Source: a virus (taxonomy: Duplodnaviria; Heunggongvirae; Uroviricota; Caudoviricetes). Taken from it: a stretch of 64,000 nt of DNA. Positions 49,338-58,007 of this stretch are shown here, piece after piece; position 1 is the first letter of the stretch, and each line of letters begins with the position of its first letter. The DNA is taken from the IMG/VR virus record IMGVR_UViG_3300042922_001018. One strand, given 5' to 3'. Position numbers and translations under genes: made by a program. Below the pieces are notes generated by a model. It did no database searches. It saw only the letters and a program-made list of their open reading frames with translations, and was not told the DNA's origin.

Positions 49338-49700
49338 CTAGTTGAGGACTTGCGTGCTGAGGGTGTAATCGGAAGCCGTGGCGTTCAGCATCACGGTCGC
49401 CTCCACGTCATACTCGGTGCCGTCATCCTCGAACGAGCACGTGATGACCTTGCCATCCGACAGGTCGAGAGCGGCATCGCCGCAGTCGATGTCCGGGCGG
49501 GAGCTTGCGTTCGCTTCCACCGCGTCAGCGACGCGAGCCGCGAACGATTCAGCGGATACCGGCAGCGTGGCACCTTCCTCGAACTCGACGTACTCCTCGG
49601 TGGGAGCTGCCGAGGTTGGCGCCGGAGCGTTGCCACCTGAGCAACCGGCCATGAACATGACGGCAAGGACGATGGGGGCGAGAGCCGCTACTTTACGCAT
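49338..49700 (-). CDS. Lipoprotein (DUF4333-like)
   Basis: Lipobox MAGC; IDC...ITC pair; TATGCT-N6-ATG. Confidence 0.7.
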   Translation of the reverse strand: MRKVAALAPIVLAVMFMAGCSGGNAPAPTSAAPTEEYVEFEEGATLPVSAESFAARVADAVEANASSRPDIDCGDAALDLSDGKVITCSFEDDGTEYDVEATVMLNATASDYTLSTQVLN

Positions 49701-49740
49701 AGGCCTAGCATACCGCAGAATCGCCGTGTAGACTAGTCGC

Positions 49741-50076
49741 ATGCCGAACGATGTCATGACGCTGGTCTACCGCTTGTACGCGGCCGACGGCGCCCTGCTG
49801 TATGTCGGCATCACGGAAGAGCTGGACAAGCGCTTCCTGCGCCATTCTGCGCGCCTCTGGTGGCCGGAGGTAGCGTCGGTGCTCCTGGAGGCGTACGAGA
49901 CGCGTAGAGACGCCCTGAGGGTCGAGTCGTGGGCGATTTACACCGAAGGCCCGGTGCACAACCGACTCCGGCCGGATGCTGATGAAGATGAACTGCCGCA
50001 GCCTTTGAGCAGTGTCATCTCCGGCATCGAAGCTTTCACGCCGCGTCCGCGCCCGAGATTGCGAGGCCGGAGATGA
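49741..50076 (+). CDS. GIY-YIG nuclease family protein
   Basis: VYRLY..LLYVGIT..RFLRH..E..AI..EGPVHN. Confidence 0.8.
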   Translation: MPNDVMTLVYRLYAADGALLYVGITEELDKRFLRHSARLWWPEVASVLLEAYETRRDALRVESWAIYTEGPVHNRLRPDADEDELPQPLSSVISGIEAFTPRPRPRLRGRR

Positions 50077-50948
50077 GCGTCCAGTACACCGAGGCCGACT
50101 ACCACGTTGGCCATCCGGTACTGAAGCGCCAGCTCGCGCGCTGGCAGGTCAAGCCGTACCCGAACGACAGTGACCCTCGCCCGCTGCCTACACATGAGGC
50201 GATGCAAGACCACTTCGAGACGCCCGAAGAACTCGTGACCTACATCGGGATGATACTGGCGGATGTCCCGCACAACGACATCCTGGATGATTTCATGCGC
50301 GGCGAAGCTCGGCCTTACTACACTCGCGGCGAGTACATCGTAGACGCGATGCACCTCGTGACGTTGCTCTCAGCTCAGTTTGAGGAGCGGCCGGTGGAGA
50401 GCGACGAATGGAAGACGCTTCTTGCCAGCGCGTTGCGCGCAGTTCGCCGCTTCGGCCCGGCGCCGTCGAACAAGCAGTTGAGTCAGACCATCAAGAGCCT
50501 ACGCCGTTACCCGGTGGTGGACACGGGAGCGTTACTCGGCCGTCATACTCACCACGAAACGGGAAGTCCGACTCGACGAGAGTCGTACCGTGCCAAGGCT
50601 CTCATCGAGTCGGGATATGCGCTGCAAACGGGCGTAGCCTTCGACTACCTGGACCGGCTGGCGGGCGCTTCACTCCCGCTATTCGGCAACAGTCTGCGTT
50701 TTGTGATTCATGCGGCGGAATGGGAGGATGCAGGCGTGGACCCCGAGTACGCGGGTTCGCTGGCTCGACCGTTGGAAGTAGCGGATGGCCTAGGACCGCT
50801 GACTGAAGGCGTCATCGTCCTGCATCAAGGTGGCGTGCCCGCCGAGTATGCGCGCACGTGCGCGCTGCATCAGATGTCAGCAGCGAGCATCGTCGCAGCC
50901 TGGAAGAACAACCTGGCGCCGGAGTACGCGGTCAGCTTCCTGTCCTGA
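50073..50948 (+). CDS. Family B protein
   Basis: GVDPEYA, GVPAEYA, AWKNNLAPEYA. Confidence 0.85.
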   Translation: MSVQYTEADYHVGHPVLKRQLARWQVKPYPNDSDPRPLPTHEAMQDHFETPEELVTYIGMILADVPHNDILDDFMRGEARPYYTRGEYIVDAMHLVTLLSAQFEERPVESDEWKTLLASALRAVRRFGPAPSNKQLSQTIKSLRRYPVVDTGALLGRHTHHETGSPTRRESYRAKALIESGYALQTGVAFDYLDRLAGASLPLFGNSLRFVIHAAEWEDAGVDPEYAGSLARPLEVADGLGPLTEGVIVLHQGGVPAEYARTCALHQMSAASIVAAWKNNLAPEYAVSFLS

Positions 50949-50953
50949 AACGA

Positions 50954-50993
50954 CTCTGCCGCCCGAGCCTGTGGAAGCACTCGGGCGGCAGAG
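50954..50993. terminator. Inverted repeat between convergent genes
   Basis: 14-bp IR CTCTGCCGCCCGAG / CTCGGGCGGCAGAG. Confidence 0.75.
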
Positions 50994-51009
50994 GGTCTGT
51001 GAAGGTCGG

Positions 51010-51411
51010 TTAGGCCGCAGCGTCCGACGAAGCATCAGCGGCCCGCGAGGGTTCCGCTTGTTCGCCGAAGTTGACTTGTACCTTCCGGGCCTTCGCCTTC
51101 TCGGAAGAAGGCAGCGTCACGGTGAGAACGCCAGCGTCGTAGGACGCGGTGACGGCATCGGGGTCTACGAAGTTTCCTACCTCGAAGACGAAGCTGTAGT
51201 TGCCGGGGACTCCCATGAGACCTCGAACTACACGCTCCATGCCTTCCGGGTTGAACGGTTCGCGTTCCGCCATGATGGAAAGCTTGCCGTTCTCCACCGA
51301 GGCGTCGATGGAGCCAGGACGTACGCCTGGCATGTCAACACGGATGACGAGCTTGTCGTCTCCGCGGTAGGCTTCGGTCGTGCCGAACAGCATGTCGAAA
51401 GGGTTTGCCAT
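51010..51411 (-). CDS. hsp20: Hsp20/alpha-crystallin small heat shock protein
   Basis: DMPGV..SID; ASYDAGVLTVTLP; AGGAG SD. Confidence 0.9.
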   Translation of the reverse strand: MANPFDMLFGTTEAYRGDDKLVIRVDMPGVRPGSIDASVENGKLSIMAEREPFNPEGMERVVRGLMGVPGNYSFVFEVGNFVDPDAVTASYDAGVLTVTLPSSEKAKARKVQVNFGEQAEPSRAADASSDAAA

Positions 51412-51434
51412 GTTCTTCTCCTGTTCTGTTCACA

Positions 51435-51455
51435 GTTGAGCCGGGTTCGCTCAAC
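51435..51455. promoter_or_regulatory. HAIR operator (HspR)
   Basis: GTTGAGC-N7-GCTCAAC upstream of hsp20. Confidence 0.85.
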
Positions 51456-51481
51456 TTCCTTCTCCCATTGTACCACATGTG

Positions 51482-51508
51482 CTAGCAGTCGAGGCAGGAG
51501 AGTGCTAA
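51482..51508. promoter_or_regulatory. CIRCE operator (HrcA)
   Basis: CTAGCAGTC-N9-GAGTGCTAA versus TTAGCACTC-N9-GAGTGCTAA. Confidence 0.85.
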
Positions 51509-51880
51509 CGCGCCGGAGCTGAAAACCGGTCGTGGTAAGATGAAATACGGACAAGGAGGTTGCATGACTGTTCAAGTTACCCACCCACCCCTAGTCCGCG
51601 CCGTGCCGATTTCGATGCGAACGGTACGCCGCGCGAATCGCAGCTTCATGGGAGGCCGGTCTCCTCCGTGAGATGAACTGTTGAGTCTGCAACGTCTGGT
51701 AAGCGAGACGTATCTTCCCCTCATGGTCCCAACCGTAAACCACGTGCCATTTGAGTCGGGTGGACGACATCTGAGACGAACCCTTCGGACAGACCCACGG
51801 ACTGACTGACGCCCTCGCTGTGTATTCGCGGGGGCGTCGGCCTTGTTGCGGCAACCTGCGAGAGCTGGTACGCTTCACGC

Positions 51881-52360
51881 ATGGAGAAGGACGCACGTAT
51901 CGCACACGTCTGGGATGACATGGACCATCCTGCCGAAGCGTGGGCACTCGTCGCCGCGGCCGATAAGCGTTTCGCTTACAGCCTCGGTATGGCGGAAGCG
52001 GTCTCGCTTTTCGAAGCCATCGACACCGCGCTGGCCGCAGCGGTTCCTCAGAGCTATCTCGCCCTCTTGCTGGAGACGACGGACGACTGGAACGGAGCGG
52101 GCCTGATTGCTGAAGTGGCTGCCTCCGCGTATTCCTACAAGATGGACCCCGAGTACGTGCAAGCCGTCTATCTACTGGAGTATCGTTTCGACGACTGGAA
52201 GACGCTGAGCGAGCGCCTTGTAGAACTCTACCTCGGTGGTGTGCCCGCTGAGTACGCGAAGCAGACCGCGTCCGGGAGTCTCTACGTGGCTGACATCACT
52301 GCGGCGTGGCAAGCCGGTATCGCGTCAGAATACGTGGCTCCAATGGTAGGCCAGGAATGA
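51881..52360 (+). CDS. Family B protein
   Basis: TACGCT-N6-ATG; MDPEYV, GVPAEYA, AWQAGIASEYV. Confidence 0.85.
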   Translation: MEKDARIAHVWDDMDHPAEAWALVAAADKRFAYSLGMAEAVSLFEAIDTALAAAVPQSYLALLLETTDDWNGAGLIAEVAASAYSYKMDPEYVQAVYLLEYRFDDWKTLSERLVELYLGGVPAEYAKQTASGSLYVADITAAWQAGIASEYVAPMVGQE

Positions 52361-52387
52361 CCGTCCCGCTCATGGTAAGGTGAGAGG

Positions 52388-52876
52388 GTGACTGACGACC
52401 GGTTCGGTAAGCTCGAAAGAGAGCTTGTGTTCCCCGCGCTCACGATGAAGATGTACTTCGAGTTCGAAGAACGCCAGGGACGCGAGCTGGGTCCGGCAAT
52501 CGGCGCCCAGCTCATCGAAGCTATCGACTACGCGCTTGTCCACTCGAAGGCCGCGACAAGCTACCTGGAGCAACTCCTCGTCTGCTCAACTGGCGACTGG
52601 GGAACCTCCATGCTCGCTATGGGGACAGCACGCACAGCGTACCGTCATCGGATGGACCCCGAATACGTCATCGACATCATCCGATGCCCATTCGTGTCAA
52701 GCGGGCGGGACGAAGACGAACGGATAGAGAACCGTCTGCTCGCCCTGCATCATGCGGGAGTACCGAAAGAGTACGCCCTGTCGCTGCGTGTTGCGAGCCT
52801 GAGCGTAGAAGAAGTCGTCTCCGCCTGGCAGTCCGGCATCGCCGCTGAGTACGCAGTCGTCTCGATGGGCCGATGA
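52388..52876 (+). CDS. Family B protein (close paralog of previous)
   Basis: TAAGGT-N6-GTG; MDPEYV, GVPKEYA, AWQSGIAAEYA. Confidence 0.85.
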   Translation: MTDDRFGKLERELVFPALTMKMYFEFEERQGRELGPAIGAQLIEAIDYALVHSKAATSYLEQLLVCSTGDWGTSMLAMGTARTAYRHRMDPEYVIDIIRCPFVSSGRDEDERIENRLLALHHAGVPKEYALSLRVASLSVEEVVSAWQSGIAAEYAVVSMGR

Positions 52877-52877
52877 C

Positions 52878-53282
52878 ATGACCTCGTATCAAGAACGCAT
52901 CCGGTCTGAGTTCCCCGGCTTGTACTCCAGCTCGCTGGCGCGTGTCATCCAGGCCGAAACCGTCCCCGAAGACTACCTCCGCGTCTTGCTTCTCGACGCG
53001 GACGAGTTCTTCGACACGATGGTCATTGCTCTCGTAGCGCCGCAGTGCGCGGCGGCGGGAGTCCCAGCCGAGTATCTCCGTGACACCTGGCGGCTGCCTT
53101 TCTCCGGCGGTCAGGACGACGGCATGCCGGAACGACTCATCGAGCTCTATGCCGCCGGAGTACCCAGAGAATACGCGAGCCAGCTATCGCACCCGAGACG
53201 AGACGTAGGCGACATCATCTCTGCGTGGTCTGCGGGACTGGCGCCGGAGTACGCAGAAGAACTCTGGCGGGCAGTCGGTTAA
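52878..53282 (+). CDS. Family B protein
   Basis: GVPAEYL, GVPREYA, AWSAGLAPEYA. Confidence 0.85.
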   Translation: MTSYQERIRSEFPGLYSSSLARVIQAETVPEDYLRVLLLDADEFFDTMVIALVAPQCAAAGVPAEYLRDTWRLPFSGGQDDGMPERLIELYAAGVPREYASQLSHPRRDVGDIISAWSAGLAPEYAEELWRAVG

Positions 53283-53752
53283 GCCGCGGCTGGGTCGGCG
53301 TACTTCGAGCGGTCGAGAGTACGGTGCTTGTCGCTCCGCCGGTTCACCCAGTTGGTGACGATAGTCCATGGCTGCTTCTTGTGCTCGCCGGGTCGCATGA
53401 CCATCACGATGTCGTCCTGGTTGCTTGACGGGTGCGGGACGCGGACAAGCAGCTTCGAGACTCGCCCTCCCGAAACAGACACCTCGATGACCTGGCATTC
53501 GCGCAGGTCTACCTTGTCCAGCTTCGGGATGTAGTTGTACCGGTCGTTCTCACGCTCTCGGTCGGCGTGGCCGGTGTATTCGCAGAAGATTTCACGCTGA
53601 GGCACAGTCACATTCGAGGGGATGCCGATGTCACGGTGATACGTGATTTCGTCGGCGGGCTTCTGGAACAGAGCGACCTCCGGCTGTGAGCCGACCTTGT
53701 TGTCGAAACGTCCGTCAGTCTGACGCCGGACATTGGCCTCGTTGAATGTCAT
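53279..53752 (-). CDS. Family A protein, possible RNase-like cargo
   Basis: RRQTDGRFDNKVG; YTGHADRER...IVTNW. Confidence 0.8.
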   Translation of the reverse strand: MTFNEANVRRQTDGRFDNKVGSQPEVALFQKPADEITYHRDIGIPSNVTVPQREIFCEYTGHADRERENDRYNYIPKLDKVDLRECQVIEVSVSGGRVSKLLVRVPHPSSNQDDIVMVMRPGEHKKQPWTIVTNWVNRRSDKHRTLDRSKYADPAAA

Positions 53753-53759
53753 GCCGGAG

Positions 53760-53768
53760 TGTAGGCGG
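53760..53768 (-). promoter_or_regulatory. CCGCCTACA box
   Basis: 7 nt before ATG 53752. Confidence 0.8.
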
Positions 53769-53806
53769 ACTTGCCAGGGGAAGCGTGTCCGTGTACTATC
53801 GGTGGC

Positions 53807-54268
53807 ATGTCTTCAGCCATGCGGTATCCCGGCACCCGAGGAACGGTCGAACAGTTCTTCACGCTCTGGTACAGCGTCCCGCAGCACTTCGCGGGGTTCG
53901 AGTCGCCCGAAGACATCATCACGCACCTGGCTAGTCTCGGCTTCGACATGCGACTCTACCGTCGTCGGCCATCCAAGAAGCTGGCACTGCACGAGAAGCA
54001 CGCGAACGGCATGCAGCTCAGCGTTCACGAGGGCGCGCGCCTCCTCGGCGTCTTCAGCAACGATGTGGAGTACACCCGGAAGTTCCTTACGGCGATGACC
54101 GACGACATGGTACTGATGGAGGCTAACGCCAACCTCCGACAGTTGCACCATGTCAGAGTCGAGCCGGGCTACGCTGCACGCCTCGGAAGCGCGGGCGTAG
54201 CCGCGCGCACCATCACTGCCATGTGGGCTGAGGGTGTGGCCGAAGAGTACGTTCTGGCAATCGCTTAG
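53807..54268 (+). CDS. Family B protein
   Basis: TACTAT-N7-ATG; ends MWAEGVAEEYVLAIA. Confidence 0.8.
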   Translation: MSSAMRYPGTRGTVEQFFTLWYSVPQHFAGFESPEDIITHLASLGFDMRLYRRRPSKKLALHEKHANGMQLSVHEGARLLGVFSNDVEYTRKFLTAMTDDMVLMEANANLRQLHHVRVEPGYAARLGSAGVAARTITAMWAEGVAEEYVLAIA

Positions 54269-54903
54269 ACGATACCGTTCAGCGCGAAGTCGTCGCGATG
54301 GCGCCAATCCGCTGAAGTCTGGACATGGTTCGGACGGACCCACTTGGCTACGAGCTGCCCGAACTCCCCAGCGGGAATGCGCCCTGCCGAGCGCATGACG
54401 AAACCTTCAGAGGTCTGCGTGTCCTTTCCGCTCGCCTTCCATGCGTCAATCGCCGAGGCGGCATCCGAACCGCGGTACAGCACTGGCACCGTCTTCAGTC
54501 CGAGAAGTTCTGCCATCTCCGCAGTGGAATCCCAGTCGAGAAGGTCGCCCGAGTCATCCCACATCCCGAACACCAGGAAAATCGACTCCAGAGAGGCGTA
54601 CGCGACGCTACGACGCGCGTACAGGCTTTCCCCGGACACGCGCCACCCCTCGGGGATATCGTGCCGCACAGAGGCCCACAGCGCTTTGGCAGGGGAGTCC
54701 CACGGTTGGGACTTCGAGTCGAGGGAGCGGGCGTAGAAGTCATCGCTCATCATCGTGAGATTCCCGCCGTCCATCTTCTCCGTGACGACGTAGTCGGGGA
54801 GGCTCAGGAAGCTCTGGTAGGCCGTCGCAGACATGATGCGGTCATCGTTCGTCGCCCCTGGCGAGAACGGCAGATGCGAAGTCCGCGGGTACTTGGTGGC
54901 CAT
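54265..54903 (-). CDS. RNA ligase family nucleotidyltransferase
   Basis: KYPRTSHLPFSPG; motif I TEKMDG; SGE; EGFVMR; AKWVR. Confidence 0.85.
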   Translation of the reverse strand: MATKYPRTSHLPFSPGATNDDRIMSATAYQSFLSLPDYVVTEKMDGGNLTMMSDDFYARSLDSKSQPWDSPAKALWASVRHDIPEGWRVSGESLYARRSVAYASLESIFLVFGMWDDSGDLLDWDSTAEMAELLGLKTVPVLYRGSDAASAIDAWKASGKDTQTSEGFVMRSAGRIPAGEFGQLVAKWVRPNHVQTSADWRHRDDFALNGIV

Positions 54904-54963
54904 CCTTCGACCCTATCAGATTTGACGAGCGAAGGGAAGGGGTAACGCTGGTAGACTAGGCCC

Positions 54964-55455
54964 ATGCAGTTCGCATTCCCCGACGTTTTCGCGCCTATGT
55001 ACGCGACTCTTCTGGTGTGCGGTGTTATCGCTCTCGTCGGCACTGTCGTCGGCGTCATTGCCGTCCGGACGGCGGCGCCGATGGAGCAGGGCGTGAGGGC
55101 GACCCTTTCCACAGTCATCACGATTCTCCTTGCCGTCGTTGTGGCTGCCATCGTCAACCCGATGCTGGGTGACGCACAACGGAACACCCTCGAAACGGAA
55201 CAGCGCGATTGGGTGCAGTCCGAGTACAACATCACGCTGACCGATGAGCAGTTCGAGGCGCTGCGCTTCCCAGGCCTTGACCCTGGGGAAGGAACCGTTA
55301 CCTACGGCACAACGGAAGTGACGCAGTGGGACGCCCCGGTAACCGTCAAGCTCATCTCGGAGGACGGTCGATTCTCGGTTGTCATGGCGAATGGCTCGCC
55401 GCTGCCCGAAGAAGCACCGCCACCACCGAGTGACGAACCTGTGAGTGAGCCGTAA
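54964..55455 (+). CDS. Family C membrane protein
   Basis: TAGACT shortly before ATG; 2 TM; LRFP..YGTT..VKLISEDG. Confidence 0.8.
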   Translation: MQFAFPDVFAPMYATLLVCGVIALVGTVVGVIAVRTAAPMEQGVRATLSTVITILLAVVVAAIVNPMLGDAQRNTLETEQRDWVQSEYNITLTDEQFEALRFPGLDPGEGTVTYGTTEVTQWDAPVTVKLISEDGRFSVVMANGSPLPEEAPPPPSDEPVSEP

Positions 55456-55458
55456 ACT

Positions 55459-55467
55459 CCGCCTACA
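55459..55467 (+). promoter_or_regulatory. CCGCCTACA box
   Basis: 7 nt before ATG 55475. Confidence 0.8.
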
Positions 55468-55474
55468 GCCAGGC

Positions 55475-56263
55475 ATGACCTTCGACTCATCTCAACATCC
55501 GCGCAACACGGACGGTAAGTTCTCTGAGAAGGTCGGTTCACAGGCCGAAGTATCGCTTCCGGCTGCCCAGAAGCCGGATACGCTCGTCCAAGATGTCAAG
55601 GACGCCTGGGATGAACGACACGCGAAGAAAGCCGACATCTCCTTCCGTATCGAAGAAGCAACCGCTGTCATGCGCTCCTCGCAATGGCACCCGGCCATGC
55701 CAGACATGGGCGACAGTCGTGAGAAAGACAAGTACCTCTCGGCGGAGTATCGACTAGCGGAAGCTCTCGCTGAACGTGACGCCAGCCGGATGCTCGTGGC
55801 TCGCGCTGTAGGTACAGCAGGGAAATCGACGGGAAGCGTTGAAGCGGGGGTTGTCGGCGGGACCGGTAATGCGCTCGCATCTCTCATCTCCCTGCCTCGC
55901 ACGCTGAAGATGTTCCGCCTGAAGCGGCTTGCGGCGCGGCATCCGGAGCTACGAGAGCTGGACGCAACTGTGAACTCGCGGCCGGAGACTCGACGCGAGC
56001 TTATCGACAGTCGCGCCGCCGCCTTCGCTCGCGAGAACGGCAGGCCGGACCCTGCGCAGTTCGCGGCCTGGCTGCGAGACTTCTACCGGCTGGACTTTCC
56101 CATGGACGCGAACGCTACCCCGCAAGAGCGCGCAGTTCGCCGGGACGCAGAGCTGACCCGCGCCAACGTCCTTCCCGCTGCGCGTGAGGCGTACTTGTCG
56201 AATGACCCGCAGCGGTACATCGACGGCCTTGACCCCCGGAGGACGGACCTCAACCAGTGGTAG
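55475..56263 (+). CDS. Family A protein
   Basis: MTFDSSQHPRNTDGKFSEKVG. Confidence 0.85.
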   Translation: MTFDSSQHPRNTDGKFSEKVGSQAEVSLPAAQKPDTLVQDVKDAWDERHAKKADISFRIEEATAVMRSSQWHPAMPDMGDSREKDKYLSAEYRLAEALAERDASRMLVARAVGTAGKSTGSVEAGVVGGTGNALASLISLPRTLKMFRLKRLAARHPELRELDATVNSRPETRRELIDSRAAAFARENGRPDPAQFAAWLRDFYRLDFPMDANATPQERAVRRDAELTRANVLPAAREAYLSNDPQRYIDGLDPRRTDLNQW

Positions 56264-56264
56264 A

Positions 56265-56273
56265 CCGCCTACA
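56265..56273 (+). promoter_or_regulatory. CCGCCTACA box
   Basis: 7 nt before ATG 56281. Confidence 0.8.
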
Positions 56274-56280
56274 TTCGGGC

Positions 56281-56907
56281 ATGACTTTCAACCCGACCGA
56301 ACACCCGCGCGCGAACGACGGCAAGTTCGCCGAGAAGCTCGGCTCCGCCGCCGAGGTATCCCTCGATGCTGGTCCGGACTTCGAGAAGCTTGCCGCGAAG
56401 GCGAACCGCGCCGGGAAGCGCTCCGGCGACAAGCGTCTTGACATCACCGATGGTGACGCCGCCCTTGTCGAAGAGCTGACCGCAGCGCTGCGCGACCCTC
56501 GTGTCCCCGAGTCCGTGTTCGATGCAGCGGCGACGTTCGCCGAGCGGCTCGAAGATGCCAACTTCCACAGCGCTGTCCGCCGCCTGGACGCGGCGGTCGG
56601 TGAAGCTGCGTACCGTTCTGACCCGAGTGCTCCGGTCAAGAACCCGGCTGCTGTCATGCAGGCGTCTGCTGACATGGACCTTGTCCGCACGGCCGCTGAC
56701 CAGTACGGCTCTCGGATTCACCAGACCTACCTGGAGACACAGGACGCGGCTACCGCTGCTGAATGGGCGCAGGAGCGTATCGACAACAATCTGGTCTTCA
56801 ACCCGAACCTGGATGAGGAACTTGCTCGCGAGCTTCACGGGCGAGTAACCGGCTGGCGCCGCAGCGAACTTCTGGCGAACCCGAGCCTGCCCGCAGACCT
56901 TCGCTGA
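56281..56907 (+). CDS. Family A protein
   Basis: MTFNPTEHPRANDGKFAEKLG; LRV-like C-terminus. Confidence 0.85.
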   Translation: MTFNPTEHPRANDGKFAEKLGSAAEVSLDAGPDFEKLAAKANRAGKRSGDKRLDITDGDAALVEELTAALRDPRVPESVFDAAATFAERLEDANFHSAVRRLDAAVGEAAYRSDPSAPVKNPAAVMQASADMDLVRTAADQYGSRIHQTYLETQDAATAAEWAQERIDNNLVFNPNLDEELARELHGRVTGWRRSELLANPSLPADLR

Positions 56908-56929
56908 GCTGCGCGCACACGGGCATCCA

Positions 56930-56938
56930 CCGCCTACA
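56930..56938 (+). promoter_or_regulatory. CCGCCTACA box
   Basis: 7 nt before ATG 56946. Confidence 0.8.
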
Positions 56939-56945
56939 TCCGGGC

Positions 56946-57998
56946 ATGACTTTCGACTCCGCTGCTCACCCCCGCGCTACCGATGGCACCTTCGCTGAGA
57001 AGGTAGGCGCAAGCCCCGAAATCGCGTTGCCACAGGACGAAGGTCTCCACGTCATCGGGCTACCGCGCGATGAAGGCATGGGCATCATCTACACCGACCT
57101 CGACGTTCTCCAGTACGCGAAGGACTACTACGAAGAGGACTGGGAGACCAGCGAAGACCGCGAAGCCATCCTTGCTGAGCGCCGTGACGAGTACCTGACG
57201 TACCGCCAGACGACCAATGGCATCGAGGAAGCCGCTCGCTACTTCAACTCCGGTGCCAAGGAGACCGTTCTGGACGGCGATGAAGAAGTGGAACTCGCAG
57301 ACCTGCCCGCTACCGTCCGCCACAACGCTATCGAAGCGGCGCTCGCCGTTGAGGCAGACGACGTGGAAGGCATCCGCGCCATTTACGCGCTCGGCGAGAA
57401 CGCTTCCGACGAATGGAACGACCACGAGTTCGGCGGCGAACTGGCCGACATCATCGGGACGAAGATTCTCACCGACCCGCTGAAGCTCCCCCGCGACGAT
57501 GAAGGACGCCCGGTCTATGACTTCGAAGGCGTAGCCCAGCGCGAGAAGTACCACCGTGCCGCGAAGGCATCCCTGGAGGTGCTTGCATCGGGCGCGAAGA
57601 TTCCTGCGAACCTTGACCACTGGGGACGTGTGTACTGGGCCGCTGAAGAGAAGCGTACTCCCGCTGAACTTGCGAAGGTACTCCTCACCGAGTCCGAAGG
57701 CGAGTTCGCTCGCGTCATCCTCGACCACAAGAAGGTCACGCCTGAGATGGTCACGTACGCCGCCCGCTCGAACGATGGTGCCGTACAGCACGCCGTTATC
57801 CAGCACCCGAAGGTCACAGCCGCCGCTCTCCGGGAGGTGCAGGCTCGCGTCGAACGCGACTACGCTCACGCCACCGACCCGCTGAACGCGTGGGGCACGA
57901 TGAAGTCGTACTACGACCAGTCGGCCGCGCAGGCATCACGCTTCATGGGCTACATCTCGGATGCACGTGGGCGTCTCGGCGCCGACGGCGCATGGTAA
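56946..57998 (+). CDS. Family A protein
   Basis: MTFDSAAHPRATDGTFAEKVG. Confidence 0.85.
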   Translation: MTFDSAAHPRATDGTFAEKVGASPEIALPQDEGLHVIGLPRDEGMGIIYTDLDVLQYAKDYYEEDWETSEDREAILAERRDEYLTYRQTTNGIEEAARYFNSGAKETVLDGDEEVELADLPATVRHNAIEAALAVEADDVEGIRAIYALGENASDEWNDHEFGGELADIIGTKILTDPLKLPRDDEGRPVYDFEGVAQREKYHRAAKASLEVLASGAKIPANLDHWGRVYWAAEEKRTPAELAKVLLTESEGEFARVILDHKKVTPEMVTYAARSNDGAVQHAVIQHPKVTAAALREVQARVERDYAHATDPLNAWGTMKSYYDQSAAQASRFMGYISDARGRLGADGAW

Positions 57999-58007
57999 AC
58001 TAGAGAG

